Shown piece by piece: positions 23,272-30,874 of a stretch of 44,240 bases of DNA. Made by a program: the position numbers and the translations under genes. The DNA is from Escherichia phage vB_EcoS_SCS92: sequence record ON548432.1. One strand, given 5' to 3'. Numbering within the stretch: position 1 is the stretch's first letter; each line of letters begins with the position of its first letter. A model generated the notes under the pieces. It searched no databases, was not told where the DNA came from, and saw nothing but the letters and a program-made list of their open reading frames with translations.

Positions 23272-25452
23272 ATGAGATACTTATACCTGGACTTTGAAAC
23301 ATTCTCCGAGGCCGATTTAAAGAAAGTCGGCTCCTACGCTTACGCTGAACACCCAACTACCGAAGTGCTTATCTGTACCTATGCTTTTGACGACGAGCCT
23401 GTGCAGGTATGGGATTGCACCGACGGCAGCGACATGCCAGGTGATTTGCACCGCGCACTGCGCCGTCTGGTGAAGCCGAACAGCCGCATCAAGATGGTAT
23501 GGCACAACGGTGGGCTTTTCGATAGGCTCATCATGAAGCATTGCTGGGGCTTTGATATTCCGGTAAGCAACACCATTGATACGATGATTTGGGCGTTTCG
23601 TCACGCGCTGCCGGGTTCTCTTGATGCGCTGTGCGAAGTGCTGGGCGTGTCTGCAGACAACGCGAAAGATAAACGCGGCAAGGCTCTGATTAAGCGTTTC
23701 TCTAAACCGACGCCGAAGAACTACAAAATCCGCCGCTACACCGCAGAAACTCACCCTGACGAGTGGGCGATGTTCATCAGGTACGCCGTGAGCGACATCA
23801 CTGCGATGCGTGAAGTCTTCCATAAGCTGCCGCGTTGGGGTAACTCCGAGTTCGAAGACCGTGTACTGGAACTTGACCAGTTAATCAACGACCGTGGGTT
23901 TAAGGTTGATGTGACGCTGGCGGAAGCCGCGATTGAAGCCGTGGAAAAACACAAGGCCAAGCTACAGGAAGAAGCACAGCGCAAATACGGCGGCTCGCTT
24001 ACTGGTAAAGACTTCCTGCCGATTCTGCGTGAACTGGCCCCCGCACACCGCATACACAACGCACAGAAGTCGACGCTGAATGACCTGCTGGCCGATGATG
24101 ATTTACCTGACGACGCCCGCACGATTATCGAAATGCGCCTCGGGGCCGCGTCAACAGCGTCCACGAAATATAACCCGCTGCTGTTAGGCCGCTCGTCGGA
24201 CGACCGACGCCGCGGTTGTATCCAGTACGGTGGGGCAAAGCGTACGTTACGGTTCGCGGGTAAAGGCTTCCAGCCACAGAACCTGGCGCGCGGGTACTAT
24301 CACGATGATGAACTGGATAAAGGTATTTCAGCGTTACTTAAAGGCCGCGCGCATCGCCGTTTCGATGTAGCCAAGCTAACGGCATCGACGGTGCGTAGCT
24401 GCATCATACCGGAAGCCGGGCGTAAGTTTGTCGTAGCTGATTACTCTAACGTTGAAGGTCGCGGGTTGGCATGGCTGGCGGGAGAAGAAACCGCTCTCGA
24501 TACCTTCCGTGCGGGATTGGATATTTACTGTGTAACCGCGGGTAAGATGTTCGGCATGGACCCTGATTACATTCTGAAAGCACGTAGTGACCTACGCCAG
24601 ATAGGTAAAGCATGTGAATTGGGCCTTGGCTATGCTGGTGGTGTCGGTGCTTTCGTTCAGTTTGCTAAGAACCTCGGACTTAACCTGGTTGATATGGCAA
24701 AAACAATGGACGGGACATTCCCCGACCATATATGGGCCGCTACTGCACGCGGCTATGAATGGGCACGTATTCAGGAAGCCAAGCGACCTCCGCGGCCAGG
24801 TGAAAAGGATGACCGACCATCGTATATTCTTGATAAGAAAGTGTGGCGTACCTGTGACGCTATCAAGCGCATGTGGCGCGAGTCCCACCCGGAAACAGTA
24901 GCGTTCTGGCGGGATATTGAAGACGCCGCTATGGCAGCTATCCGCAATCCAGGTAAAGAGTTCACTGCGGGACCGCGGGGTGTTAAGTTTTCGCGTAACG
25001 TAGAAACGGACAACAACGGCAACAAAGTCGCTGGTTGGTGGTTGCGCATGACGTTGCCGTCGGGTCGCGTTATGTCTTATCCGGGGGTCGGGTTGAGCGT
25101 GTCGAAAGAAACAGATGGAGACGGGAAGGTGTCTACTAACGTGCGCATTAAGTACCAGGGCGAAAATCAGCTAACCCGTCAGTGGGGGTTCCAGTACACC
25201 TACTCGGGTAAACTGGTGGAAAACTGCACTCAGGCATTGTGCCGTGATTTGCTGGCTAATGCCCTGCTGAACGTAGAAGCAAACGGCTACCCGATTGTAC
25301 TTCACGTACACGATGAGATTATCTGCGAGACACCAGATTCACCGGAATACAATGTAGCAGAGCTTGAGCGGTTGATGTGCGAATTGCCGGAATGGGCGGA
25401 GGGGTTCCCTCTTGTAGCTGAAGGTGCGGAGATGAAGCGATATGCCAAGTAA
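23272..25452 (+). CDS. DNA polymerase, family A (with 3'-5' exonuclease domain)
   Basis: Exo I YLDFETFS, pol motif A VVADYSNVEGR, motif B RQIGKACELGLGYAGG, motif C VLHVHDEIICE. Confidence 0.9.
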   Translation: MRYLYLDFETFSEADLKKVGSYAYAEHPTTEVLICTYAFDDEPVQVWDCTDGSDMPGDLHRALRRLVKPNSRIKMVWHNGGLFDRLIMKHCWGFDIPVSNTIDTMIWAFRHALPGSLDALCEVLGVSADNAKDKRGKALIKRFSKPTPKNYKIRRYTAETHPDEWAMFIRYAVSDITAMREVFHKLPRWGNSEFEDRVLELDQLINDRGFKVDVTLAEAAIEAVEKHKAKLQEEAQRKYGGSLTGKDFLPILRELAPAHRIHNAQKSTLNDLLADDDLPDDARTIIEMRLGAASTASTKYNPLLLGRSSDDRRRGCIQYGGAKRTLRFAGKGFQPQNLARGYYHDDELDKGISALLKGRAHRRFDVAKLTASTVRSCIIPEAGRKFVVADYSNVEGRGLAWLAGEETALDTFRAGLDIYCVTAGKMFGMDPDYILKARSDLRQIGKACELGLGYAGGVGAFVQFAKNLGLNLVDMAKTMDGTFPDHIWAATARGYEWARIQEAKRPPRPGEKDDRPSYILDKKVWRTCDAIKRMWRESHPETVAFWRDIEDAAMAAIRNPGKEFTAGPRGVKFSRNVETDNNGNKVAGWWLRMTLPSGRVMSYPGVGLSVSKETDGDGKVSTNVRIKYQGENQLTRQWGFQYTYSGKLVENCTQALCRDLLANALLNVEANGYPIVLHVHDEIICETPDSPEYNVAELERLMCELPEWAEGFPLVAEGAEMKRYAK

Positions 25453-25573
25453 ACTGATTATTGCGGTACTGGCGGGATTCGCCGCCGGTGTCTACTGTCA
25501 CGAGGGTCAATACGGCATGATGGTTGCCGTATTAGGTATGTTAGTAACAATTTATCTGTGGGTGCTGGAATGA
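25442..25573 (+). CDS. hypothetical 43-aa membrane protein
   Basis: ORF below the track threshold. Begins inside the polymerase stop region; two hydrophobic segments (LIIAVLAGFAAGVY, MMVAVLGMLVTIYLWVL). Confidence 0.3.
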   Translation: MPSKLIIAVLAGFAAGVYCHEGQYGMMVAVLGMLVTIYLWVLE

Positions 25574-25659
25574 AAATTTACTGGTTCTACGAAGAAGACC
25601 GCCGGATCTGTCCGCGCTGTGGTATTGCGCATACGAAACGTGAGGGGTGCGTATTATGA
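25570..25659 (+). CDS. hypothetical 29-aa CxxC peptide
   Basis: MKIYWFYEEDRRICPRCGIAHTKREGCVL; ATGA overlaps with both neighbours. Confidence 0.25.
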   Translation: MKIYWFYEEDRRICPRCGIAHTKREGCVL

Positions 25660-25808
25660 CAATGTTTGTATTTAGGACCATAGTAACCATGCTCGCACTG
25701 TTACTCGGTGCGGGAATAGCTGCTATGTTCTGTTACGGCCTGTTCTTTCAGTTTGCCGGTGTTGCCATTCTAGGCTGGGTTTTCCTTACCTGGATGCTGC
25801 GGTCATGA
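25656..25808 (+). CDS. hypothetical 50-aa membrane protein
   Basis: Two hydrophobic segments; ATGA overlap with the VRR-NUC gene start. Confidence 0.3.
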   Translation: MTMFVFRTIVTMLALLLGAGIAAMFCYGLFFQFAGVAILGWVFLTWMLRS

Positions 25809-26089
25809 CTAAAGAGGGACGCATACAGAAATACGCAAAAGAGCGATTCGAGGCCCTTGGTGGCCTCGTTCGTAAACTTTCCTACGAAGGACGTTCCGGC
25901 GCCCCTGACCTGCTGGTAATTCTCCCCGGCGGCATCGTCTGGTTCGTCGAGATAAAGAAAGACGAAAGCACGAAGCCGGATCCCCACCAGTTACGGGAGC
26001 ACGAGCGGATGCGTAAGCGTGGTGCTAATGTTTTTGTCGTTGGTTCGTTTAAACAGGTTGACGACCTAATAGCGAACTATTATAGTTAG
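25805..26089 (+). CDS. VRR-NUC domain nuclease
   Basis: 94 aa. GAPDLLVILPGGIVWFVEIKKDES fits the PD-(D/E)xK pattern of VRR-NUC. Confidence 0.7.
   Translation: MTKEGRIQKYAKERFEALGGLVRKLSYEGRSGAPDLLVILPGGIVWFVEIKKDESTKPDPHQLREHERMRKRGANVFVVGSFKQVDDLIANYYS
26058..26086 (+). promoter_or_regulatory. sigma70 promoter TTGACG-N17-TATAGT with AATAG-N4-CTATT palindrome
   Basis: Overlaps the 3' end of the VRR-NUC gene, 34 bp before the ATG at 26120. Confidence 0.5.
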
Positions 26090-26119
26090 TCCTACACCAA
26101 CAATATAAGGAATTGAGAA

Positions 26120-26311
26120 ATGAAACACGAATATGACCGCAAACCAGCACGTGACATCGTACCTGGCGACATGATTTTCAACGTTAAGACCCGTCGGCCT
26201 GTTGCCGTTGATACGGTGTACGTCGAGTCGAACGGTAAACTGGTTATCGAAGATGTAACCGGTAACGTTACGGCGTTCGGGCGTAAAGAGTTAGTTCTGG
26301 TGGCAAAATGA
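26120..26311 (+). CDS. hypothetical protein
   Basis: 63-aa track ORF with an AAGGAA Shine-Dalgarno; ATGA overlap with the methyltransferase start. Confidence 0.4.
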   Translation: MKHEYDRKPARDIVPGDMIFNVKTRRPVAVDTVYVESNGKLVIEDVTGNVTAFGRKELVLVAK

Positions 26312-27102
26312 ACTATTACAACGAATGGGATAAAGGCGCAGCCGCGTGGCTGCGTGAATTAATAAAACAGGGTCACATACCTTTTGGAGTTGTAGATGAA
26401 AGAAGCATTACTGAAGTTAAGCCAGAAGACCTCGACGGATTCACCCAGTGTCATTTTTTCGCTGGTATCGGCGGCTGGCCTCTCGCGCTCAGACTTGCGG
26501 GAGTTCCGGAAGATGCGCCTCTCTGGACGGGAAGCCCGCCTTGCCAACCGTTTAGCGCAGCGGGAAAGCAACTCGGACAGTTCGACCCGAGACACCTCGC
26601 ACCTGTGTTCCTCGACCTCATCAGCGAGTGCCGCCCTCCAGTCCTCTTTGGGGAGCAGGTTGCGCCAGCAATTGCAAAATCGTGGATGTGCGATTTACAA
26701 ACTCACCTGGAAGGAGAAAACTACGCCGTCGGGTTTGCCGTACTCCCAGCTTGTAGCGTCGGCGCACCGCACAAACGCGACCGACTTTTCTTCGGCGCGC
26801 AGCAACTGGCCAACACCGTGTGCGAACAACTCGGCGGGAGCAGGCCATCAGGGCAGGAACGGGGGCCACAATCTGCAAACAGAGGCATCTCTGACACAGC
26901 CAATCCGCATCACGGCTTCTGGTCAGAGGCAGACTGGCTCGGATGCCGGGATGGAAAATTCAGGCCAGTTGAACCCGGCACATTCCCGCTGGCTGATGGG
27001 ATACCCGCCAGAGTGGGACGATTGCGCGGTTACGGCAATGCCATCGTCCCGCAAGTAGCTGCTGAATTTATAAAGGCATTCATGGGGGCGGTAAATGAGT
27101 AA
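26308..27102 (+). CDS. DNA (cytosine-5)-methyltransferase
   Basis: Motif I FFAGIGG, motif IV PPCQPFS (catalytic Cys), ENV-like GEQV, RDR motif VIII, motif X GNAIVPQVA. Short (264 aa), so a compact target-recognition region. Confidence 0.8.
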   Translation: MNYYNEWDKGAAAWLRELIKQGHIPFGVVDERSITEVKPEDLDGFTQCHFFAGIGGWPLALRLAGVPEDAPLWTGSPPCQPFSAAGKQLGQFDPRHLAPVFLDLISECRPPVLFGEQVAPAIAKSWMCDLQTHLEGENYAVGFAVLPACSVGAPHKRDRLFFGAQQLANTVCEQLGGSRPSGQERGPQSANRGISDTANPHHGFWSEADWLGCRDGKFRPVEPGTFPLADGIPARVGRLRGYGNAIVPQVAAEFIKAFMGAVNE

Positions 27103-28519
27103 GTTTCAAAGGCGTGAGTACCAAAAGCTCATGACTTCGTTCATGCTGCGGCACCATCGCTGCAACATATGGGCAAGCATGGGCGCTGGGAAGACTGGCA
27201 GCGTACTGTGGGCATTAAACCGACTGTTCCGAAACGGCCAACTTAATGATGACGACCGCGTGTTAATCCTCGCCCCGCTGCGGGTTGCGTCTGGTACGTG
27301 GCCTGCAGAGCAAGAGAAATGGCAATTCCCATGTCTGCGTGTTGTAGATGCGACTGGTTCAGAGAAGCGCCGCATCGCGGCGCTGGAGTCAGATGCTAAC
27401 GTGGTTTGCACGAACTATGAGGTTATCGAGTGGCTGATTGACTACTACGGCAAAGACGACTGGCCTTTTACGGTTATCGTTGCAGATGAAAGCACGAAGC
27501 TTAAATCATTCCGCAGCCGTTCAGGTGGTAGCAAGCGTGCAAAGGCGCTTAGTAAAGTGGCTTTCGGAAGGGTTAAGCGTTTTATTAACCTGACTGGTAC
27601 ACCGTCACCAAACGGCCTCAAGGATTTGTGGGGCCAGAACTGGTTTATCGACGCTGGCGAGCGCCTGGGTTCGTCGTATACAGCATTCACCGACCGCTGG
27701 TTTAATTCGGTACAGAAAGGAAAATCTGCGATGGCACGTGAATATCACGCCCGCCCTGGTGCAGATAACGAGATTCACCAGAAGATGAAGGACATCAGTC
27801 TGACGATTGACGCCGCCGAGTGGTTCGGTTGTGAAGCGCCTGTTATCGTGCCGGTTGAAATCGACCTGCCGAAGAAAGCACGTCAGGCGTACATCGATAT
27901 GGAGGAGAAGTTATTCGCGGAACTGGAAAGCGGAGAAGTTGAAGCGGCTAACGCTGCGGCGAAGACGTCGAAGTGCCTACAGATTGCCTCCGGTGCCGTG
28001 TATGTATCGGGGCCAGATGGCGAATCAACCAAAGAATGGGAGAAAGTGCACGACACGAAACTTGATGCGCTGGAGTCAATTGTGGAGGAGTTGCAGGGCG
28101 CGCCGTTGCTGGTCGCCTATCAGTTCAAGCACGAACTTGAGCGCATCCTTAAGCGATTCCCACAGGCGCAGGCGTTTTCCAAAGGCGCGAAGGGTAATAA
28201 GCAGATGGAAGCGTGGAACCGCGGCGAAATAGAAATCTTATGCGTACACCCTGCGTCAGCCGGGCATGGTTTGAATTTACAGGACGGCGGCCATCATCTG
28301 GCGTTTATTTCACAAGGCTGGAATCTTGAGCACTATTTGCAGGTTGTCGAGCGCATCGGCCCTGTTCGCCAGAAACAAGCTGGGCACGAGCGCCCGGTGT
28401 TCCTTTATCACATAGTCGCTAAAGACACGCTGGACGAGGTTGTTGCCGCGCGTACCGACGAGAAGAAATCGGTACAGGAAGAGTTGCTTAACTACATGAA
28501 GAGACGAGGTAAGAAATGA
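27095..28519 (+). CDS. SF2 DNA helicase (SNF2/DEAD-like)
   Basis: Walker A SMGAGKTGS, motif II VIVADESTKLK, and C-terminal helicase motifs. Confidence 0.8.
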   Translation: MSKFQRREYQKLMTSFMLRHHRCNIWASMGAGKTGSVLWALNRLFRNGQLNDDDRVLILAPLRVASGTWPAEQEKWQFPCLRVVDATGSEKRRIAALESDANVVCTNYEVIEWLIDYYGKDDWPFTVIVADESTKLKSFRSRSGGSKRAKALSKVAFGRVKRFINLTGTPSPNGLKDLWGQNWFIDAGERLGSSYTAFTDRWFNSVQKGKSAMAREYHARPGADNEIHQKMKDISLTIDAAEWFGCEAPVIVPVEIDLPKKARQAYIDMEEKLFAELESGEVEAANAAAKTSKCLQIASGAVYVSGPDGESTKEWEKVHDTKLDALESIVEELQGAPLLVAYQFKHELERILKRFPQAQAFSKGAKGNKQMEAWNRGEIEILCVHPASAGHGLNLQDGGHHLAFISQGWNLEHYLQVVERIGPVRQKQAGHERPVFLYHIVAKDTLDEVVAARTDEKKSVQEELLNYMKRRGKK

Positions 28520-28653
28520 ACATCATAGCCCCGATTCCAGCATTGCAAAAACGTATCAAGGAACTCGAAGAGGAGGTTCTACGCCTACGGCAACAGAGAG
28601 ATGCCGCTAATGCGCAACTGGCGTTTGTGCTGGAGAAGTTATCAGAAGAGTAG
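28516..28653 (+). CDS. hypothetical 45-aa coiled-coil peptide
   Basis: ORF below the track threshold; ATGA overlap with the helicase stop. Confidence 0.3.
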   Translation: MNIIAPIPALQKRIKELEEEVLRLRQQRDAANAQLAFVLEKLSEE

Positions 28654-28655
28654 AG

Positions 28656-28681
28656 AAAAGGCCCCGTTTGGGGCCTTAGTT
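28656..28681. terminator. bidirectional rho-independent terminator between the replication and tail modules
   Basis: GGCCCC-gttt-GGGGCC stem flanked by an A-run upstream and TTAGTTTTAAT downstream, so it is T-rich on both strands. Confidence 0.6.
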
Positions 28682-30862
28682 TTAATCGCAAAGTAAGGAT
28701 TTGGTGAAGTTTGGCACCCACGGCATCCTGTCAGAAATTACTAAATCTCTGATTAATATGCCGCAGTCTGCAGATGCGCCGCTATAGGTAACTTGGATAT
28801 TAAAACTAGTTGCCTGGCTTCTGGCAAGACTGATGGCTGCAAAATAATCGTTACCGGTCTGTGGTGATATAGTCACATATGAGGTTCCTAGTCCTATTTT
28901 TACGACAGTATTTGTCCCATAACTGGTAAATTGATGACGGAAAAGAACATAAACGCGGTCGTGATTGTTGAAAACCGCGTTTGTAGTTGTGATTGGTATT
29001 GTGAATGTTTTTGTGGTAGCGTCTCGTGCAAAGGTAACCTGTAGATTATCACCAGAAGTAGCCATAGTTACGCCTGATTCCTGCGGGTAAGCAGAACCGT
29101 TATTGGCGTTAAGCGCAGACCTTTTAAAAAGAACAAATGGTTTTGAAGACATTTGTTCACTCTCCCAGGTACTTGTCCCACTATCGTCCCAAAAAAGACC
29201 CTTAAAATAATACATTACACTGGATGACACGGTCCAACCGGCTAAATCAAACATGCTCCCGGTTGCATCTGTTAAGTCACAGTTAATAAATCTATTAAAT
29301 CTGTTGGTGGAGTTCTGGTATACGCAACAAGGTGTCGTTGTTCCTGTTGTGATATTAGGGTCCGCAAATGATACTGAGTTGAATGTTACGTATTCGCACC
29401 CATCCATGATAATGCCGCCGCGAGTCACAGCGCCGGAGCGTTGGATATTAGTAAATGTACTGTTACGCATATTCGCAAGAAGGGCAAAAGTACAGTCCGC
29501 TGTTAATGACCCATCGGCATTGTGGGCTTCTCCGTGGAAATCTGTAAAATGAATATCGCGGAAGCCCTTGACATCAGATGCACTATTTCCGGCTAGGCTT
29601 TCTGAATAGATGGCGTATGTTGCGCGACTCGCCCATCCTACACGGTCGAATGTACATGCAAAAATCTGTCGGTCTACATGGCAGGAGAACCTGATACTAG
29701 GGTTGCCAGATGTCGCCCATGAAGGGTTGTTGTCGATTGTGCTGAAAAACATACAATCCCGGAATGACAGGCCTGTTAAATTTCCACGGTCGATATCTGT
29801 ATTAGTCCTGAGCACAAGCCCACCGCCTAATGTCCATACGTGGCTTAATTCCAGGTTCTCCACGTCTCCAGATGTTGCGTTTTTAGGGTGGATAACAACA
29901 GCAGCATCGAAGGTTCCAGATACAGATATCCGACGGACGACGGAATTACGGCAGCCGCCAATGTGCAGCCCAACCACATTCGGCTGGGAACCATCTGCGT
30001 TTATCTGGAAACCTTCAATATAAAACGGGTCTTGTCCTGTGTTATCAATAGCGACTATAGCGGGTCCTGTGGAACCGGCAATTACGTTAGTGCCAGTAAA
30101 GTCAGGGAGAGCCATAAAGTATGTTTCTGGGTAGACCCCAACAATACGCGTCCTTTTTGGAAGGTTAAGAGTAGAATCAAGCCAAAAGAACCCAGCCGGG
30201 AAACGTAAAGTAACCCCAGTACCGATATTCTCGCTAGTTGCTGCCGCTAAAGCCTGCTCAATGTATGTCCTTACGCTTCCTAGTGCTTTTGACGCGTTAA
30301 CATCGTTTAGAGCTGCGATCACGTTAGCTGGAAGGTAGTCAAGTATGTTTATCTCTGTTTTTGCTGCTTGAGTCTTGCGGTAGTCAAACTCTGCCTGTAC
30401 GGTCCTGCCGGATGTTGTCCCAACTAACCCTGCGCCAGTGCTTAGGGCCAAATCACGGCGCAATGCAGCTTCACTAACGGCAACCCATGCGGTCTGGCCT
30501 ACTCCGCCCGTAGACGCCGGGGTTGAAGATGCCGGGATGGTTTTTGGCAGAGCACCCTTCCATGCATAATAGTTGCCGTCGCCTGATGGCCCTGGCCACA
30601 ACACCGCCAGGTCAGCGTCGTTAACGCCCAAAGTCCCACCTGTTTCGAATGTGAAAGACGCAGGTCTGAAACCCGCGTCGCGCAACACGGCAGGAAGCGT
30701 CTTCTGCGCCTGCCCGGTAACCTGATTTGTTGCGTAATCAATGTCTGCACCCGTAGCTACACCGCCGGATTTGCCAGTGATAACCTCGGCCTCGAAAATC
30801 TGATGTTTCTTGGCGGTCTGTAAATCCGCCAGGCTTAAAACGTCACCGCATCCGCTTGACAT
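28682..30862 (-). CDS. tailspike / receptor-binding depolymerase (beta-helix type)
   Basis: 726 aa, last gene of the tail module. N-terminal region (GNYYAWKGALPKTIPASSTPASTGGVGQTAWVAVSEAALRRDL) resembles the conserved N-terminal anchor of other phage tailspikes such as K1F endosialidase; the rest is Asn/Gly/Thr/Ser-rich and repetitive. Confidence 0.7.
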   Translation of the reverse strand: MSSGCGDVLSLADLQTAKKHQIFEAEVITGKSGGVATGADIDYATNQVTGQAQKTLPAVLRDAGFRPASFTFETGGTLGVNDADLAVLWPGPSGDGNYYAWKGALPKTIPASSTPASTGGVGQTAWVAVSEAALRRDLALSTGAGLVGTTSGRTVQAEFDYRKTQAAKTEINILDYLPANVIAALNDVNASKALGSVRTYIEQALAAATSENIGTGVTLRFPAGFFWLDSTLNLPKRTRIVGVYPETYFMALPDFTGTNVIAGSTGPAIVAIDNTGQDPFYIEGFQINADGSQPNVVGLHIGGCRNSVVRRISVSGTFDAAVVIHPKNATSGDVENLELSHVWTLGGGLVLRTNTDIDRGNLTGLSFRDCMFFSTIDNNPSWATSGNPSIRFSCHVDRQIFACTFDRVGWASRATYAIYSESLAGNSASDVKGFRDIHFTDFHGEAHNADGSLTADCTFALLANMRNSTFTNIQRSGAVTRGGIIMDGCEYVTFNSVSFADPNITTGTTTPCCVYQNSTNRFNRFINCDLTDATGSMFDLAGWTVSSSVMYYFKGLFWDDSGTSTWESEQMSSKPFVLFKRSALNANNGSAYPQESGVTMATSGDNLQVTFARDATTKTFTIPITTTNAVFNNHDRVYVLFRHQFTSYGTNTVVKIGLGTSYVTISPQTGNDYFAAISLARSQATSFNIQVTYSGASADCGILIRDLVISDRMPWVPNFTKSLLCD

Positions 30863-30874
30863 ATAGAGTCCTCT

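Noticed and set aside
23317-24164. Minus-strand ORFs of 168 and 137 aa
   Set aside because: They are antisense to the DNA polymerase gene, whose motifs are unambiguous.
26396-27058. 220-aa plus-strand ORF in an alternative frame
   Set aside because: It is fully contained within the methyltransferase gene, which shows all the conserved motifs in its own frame.
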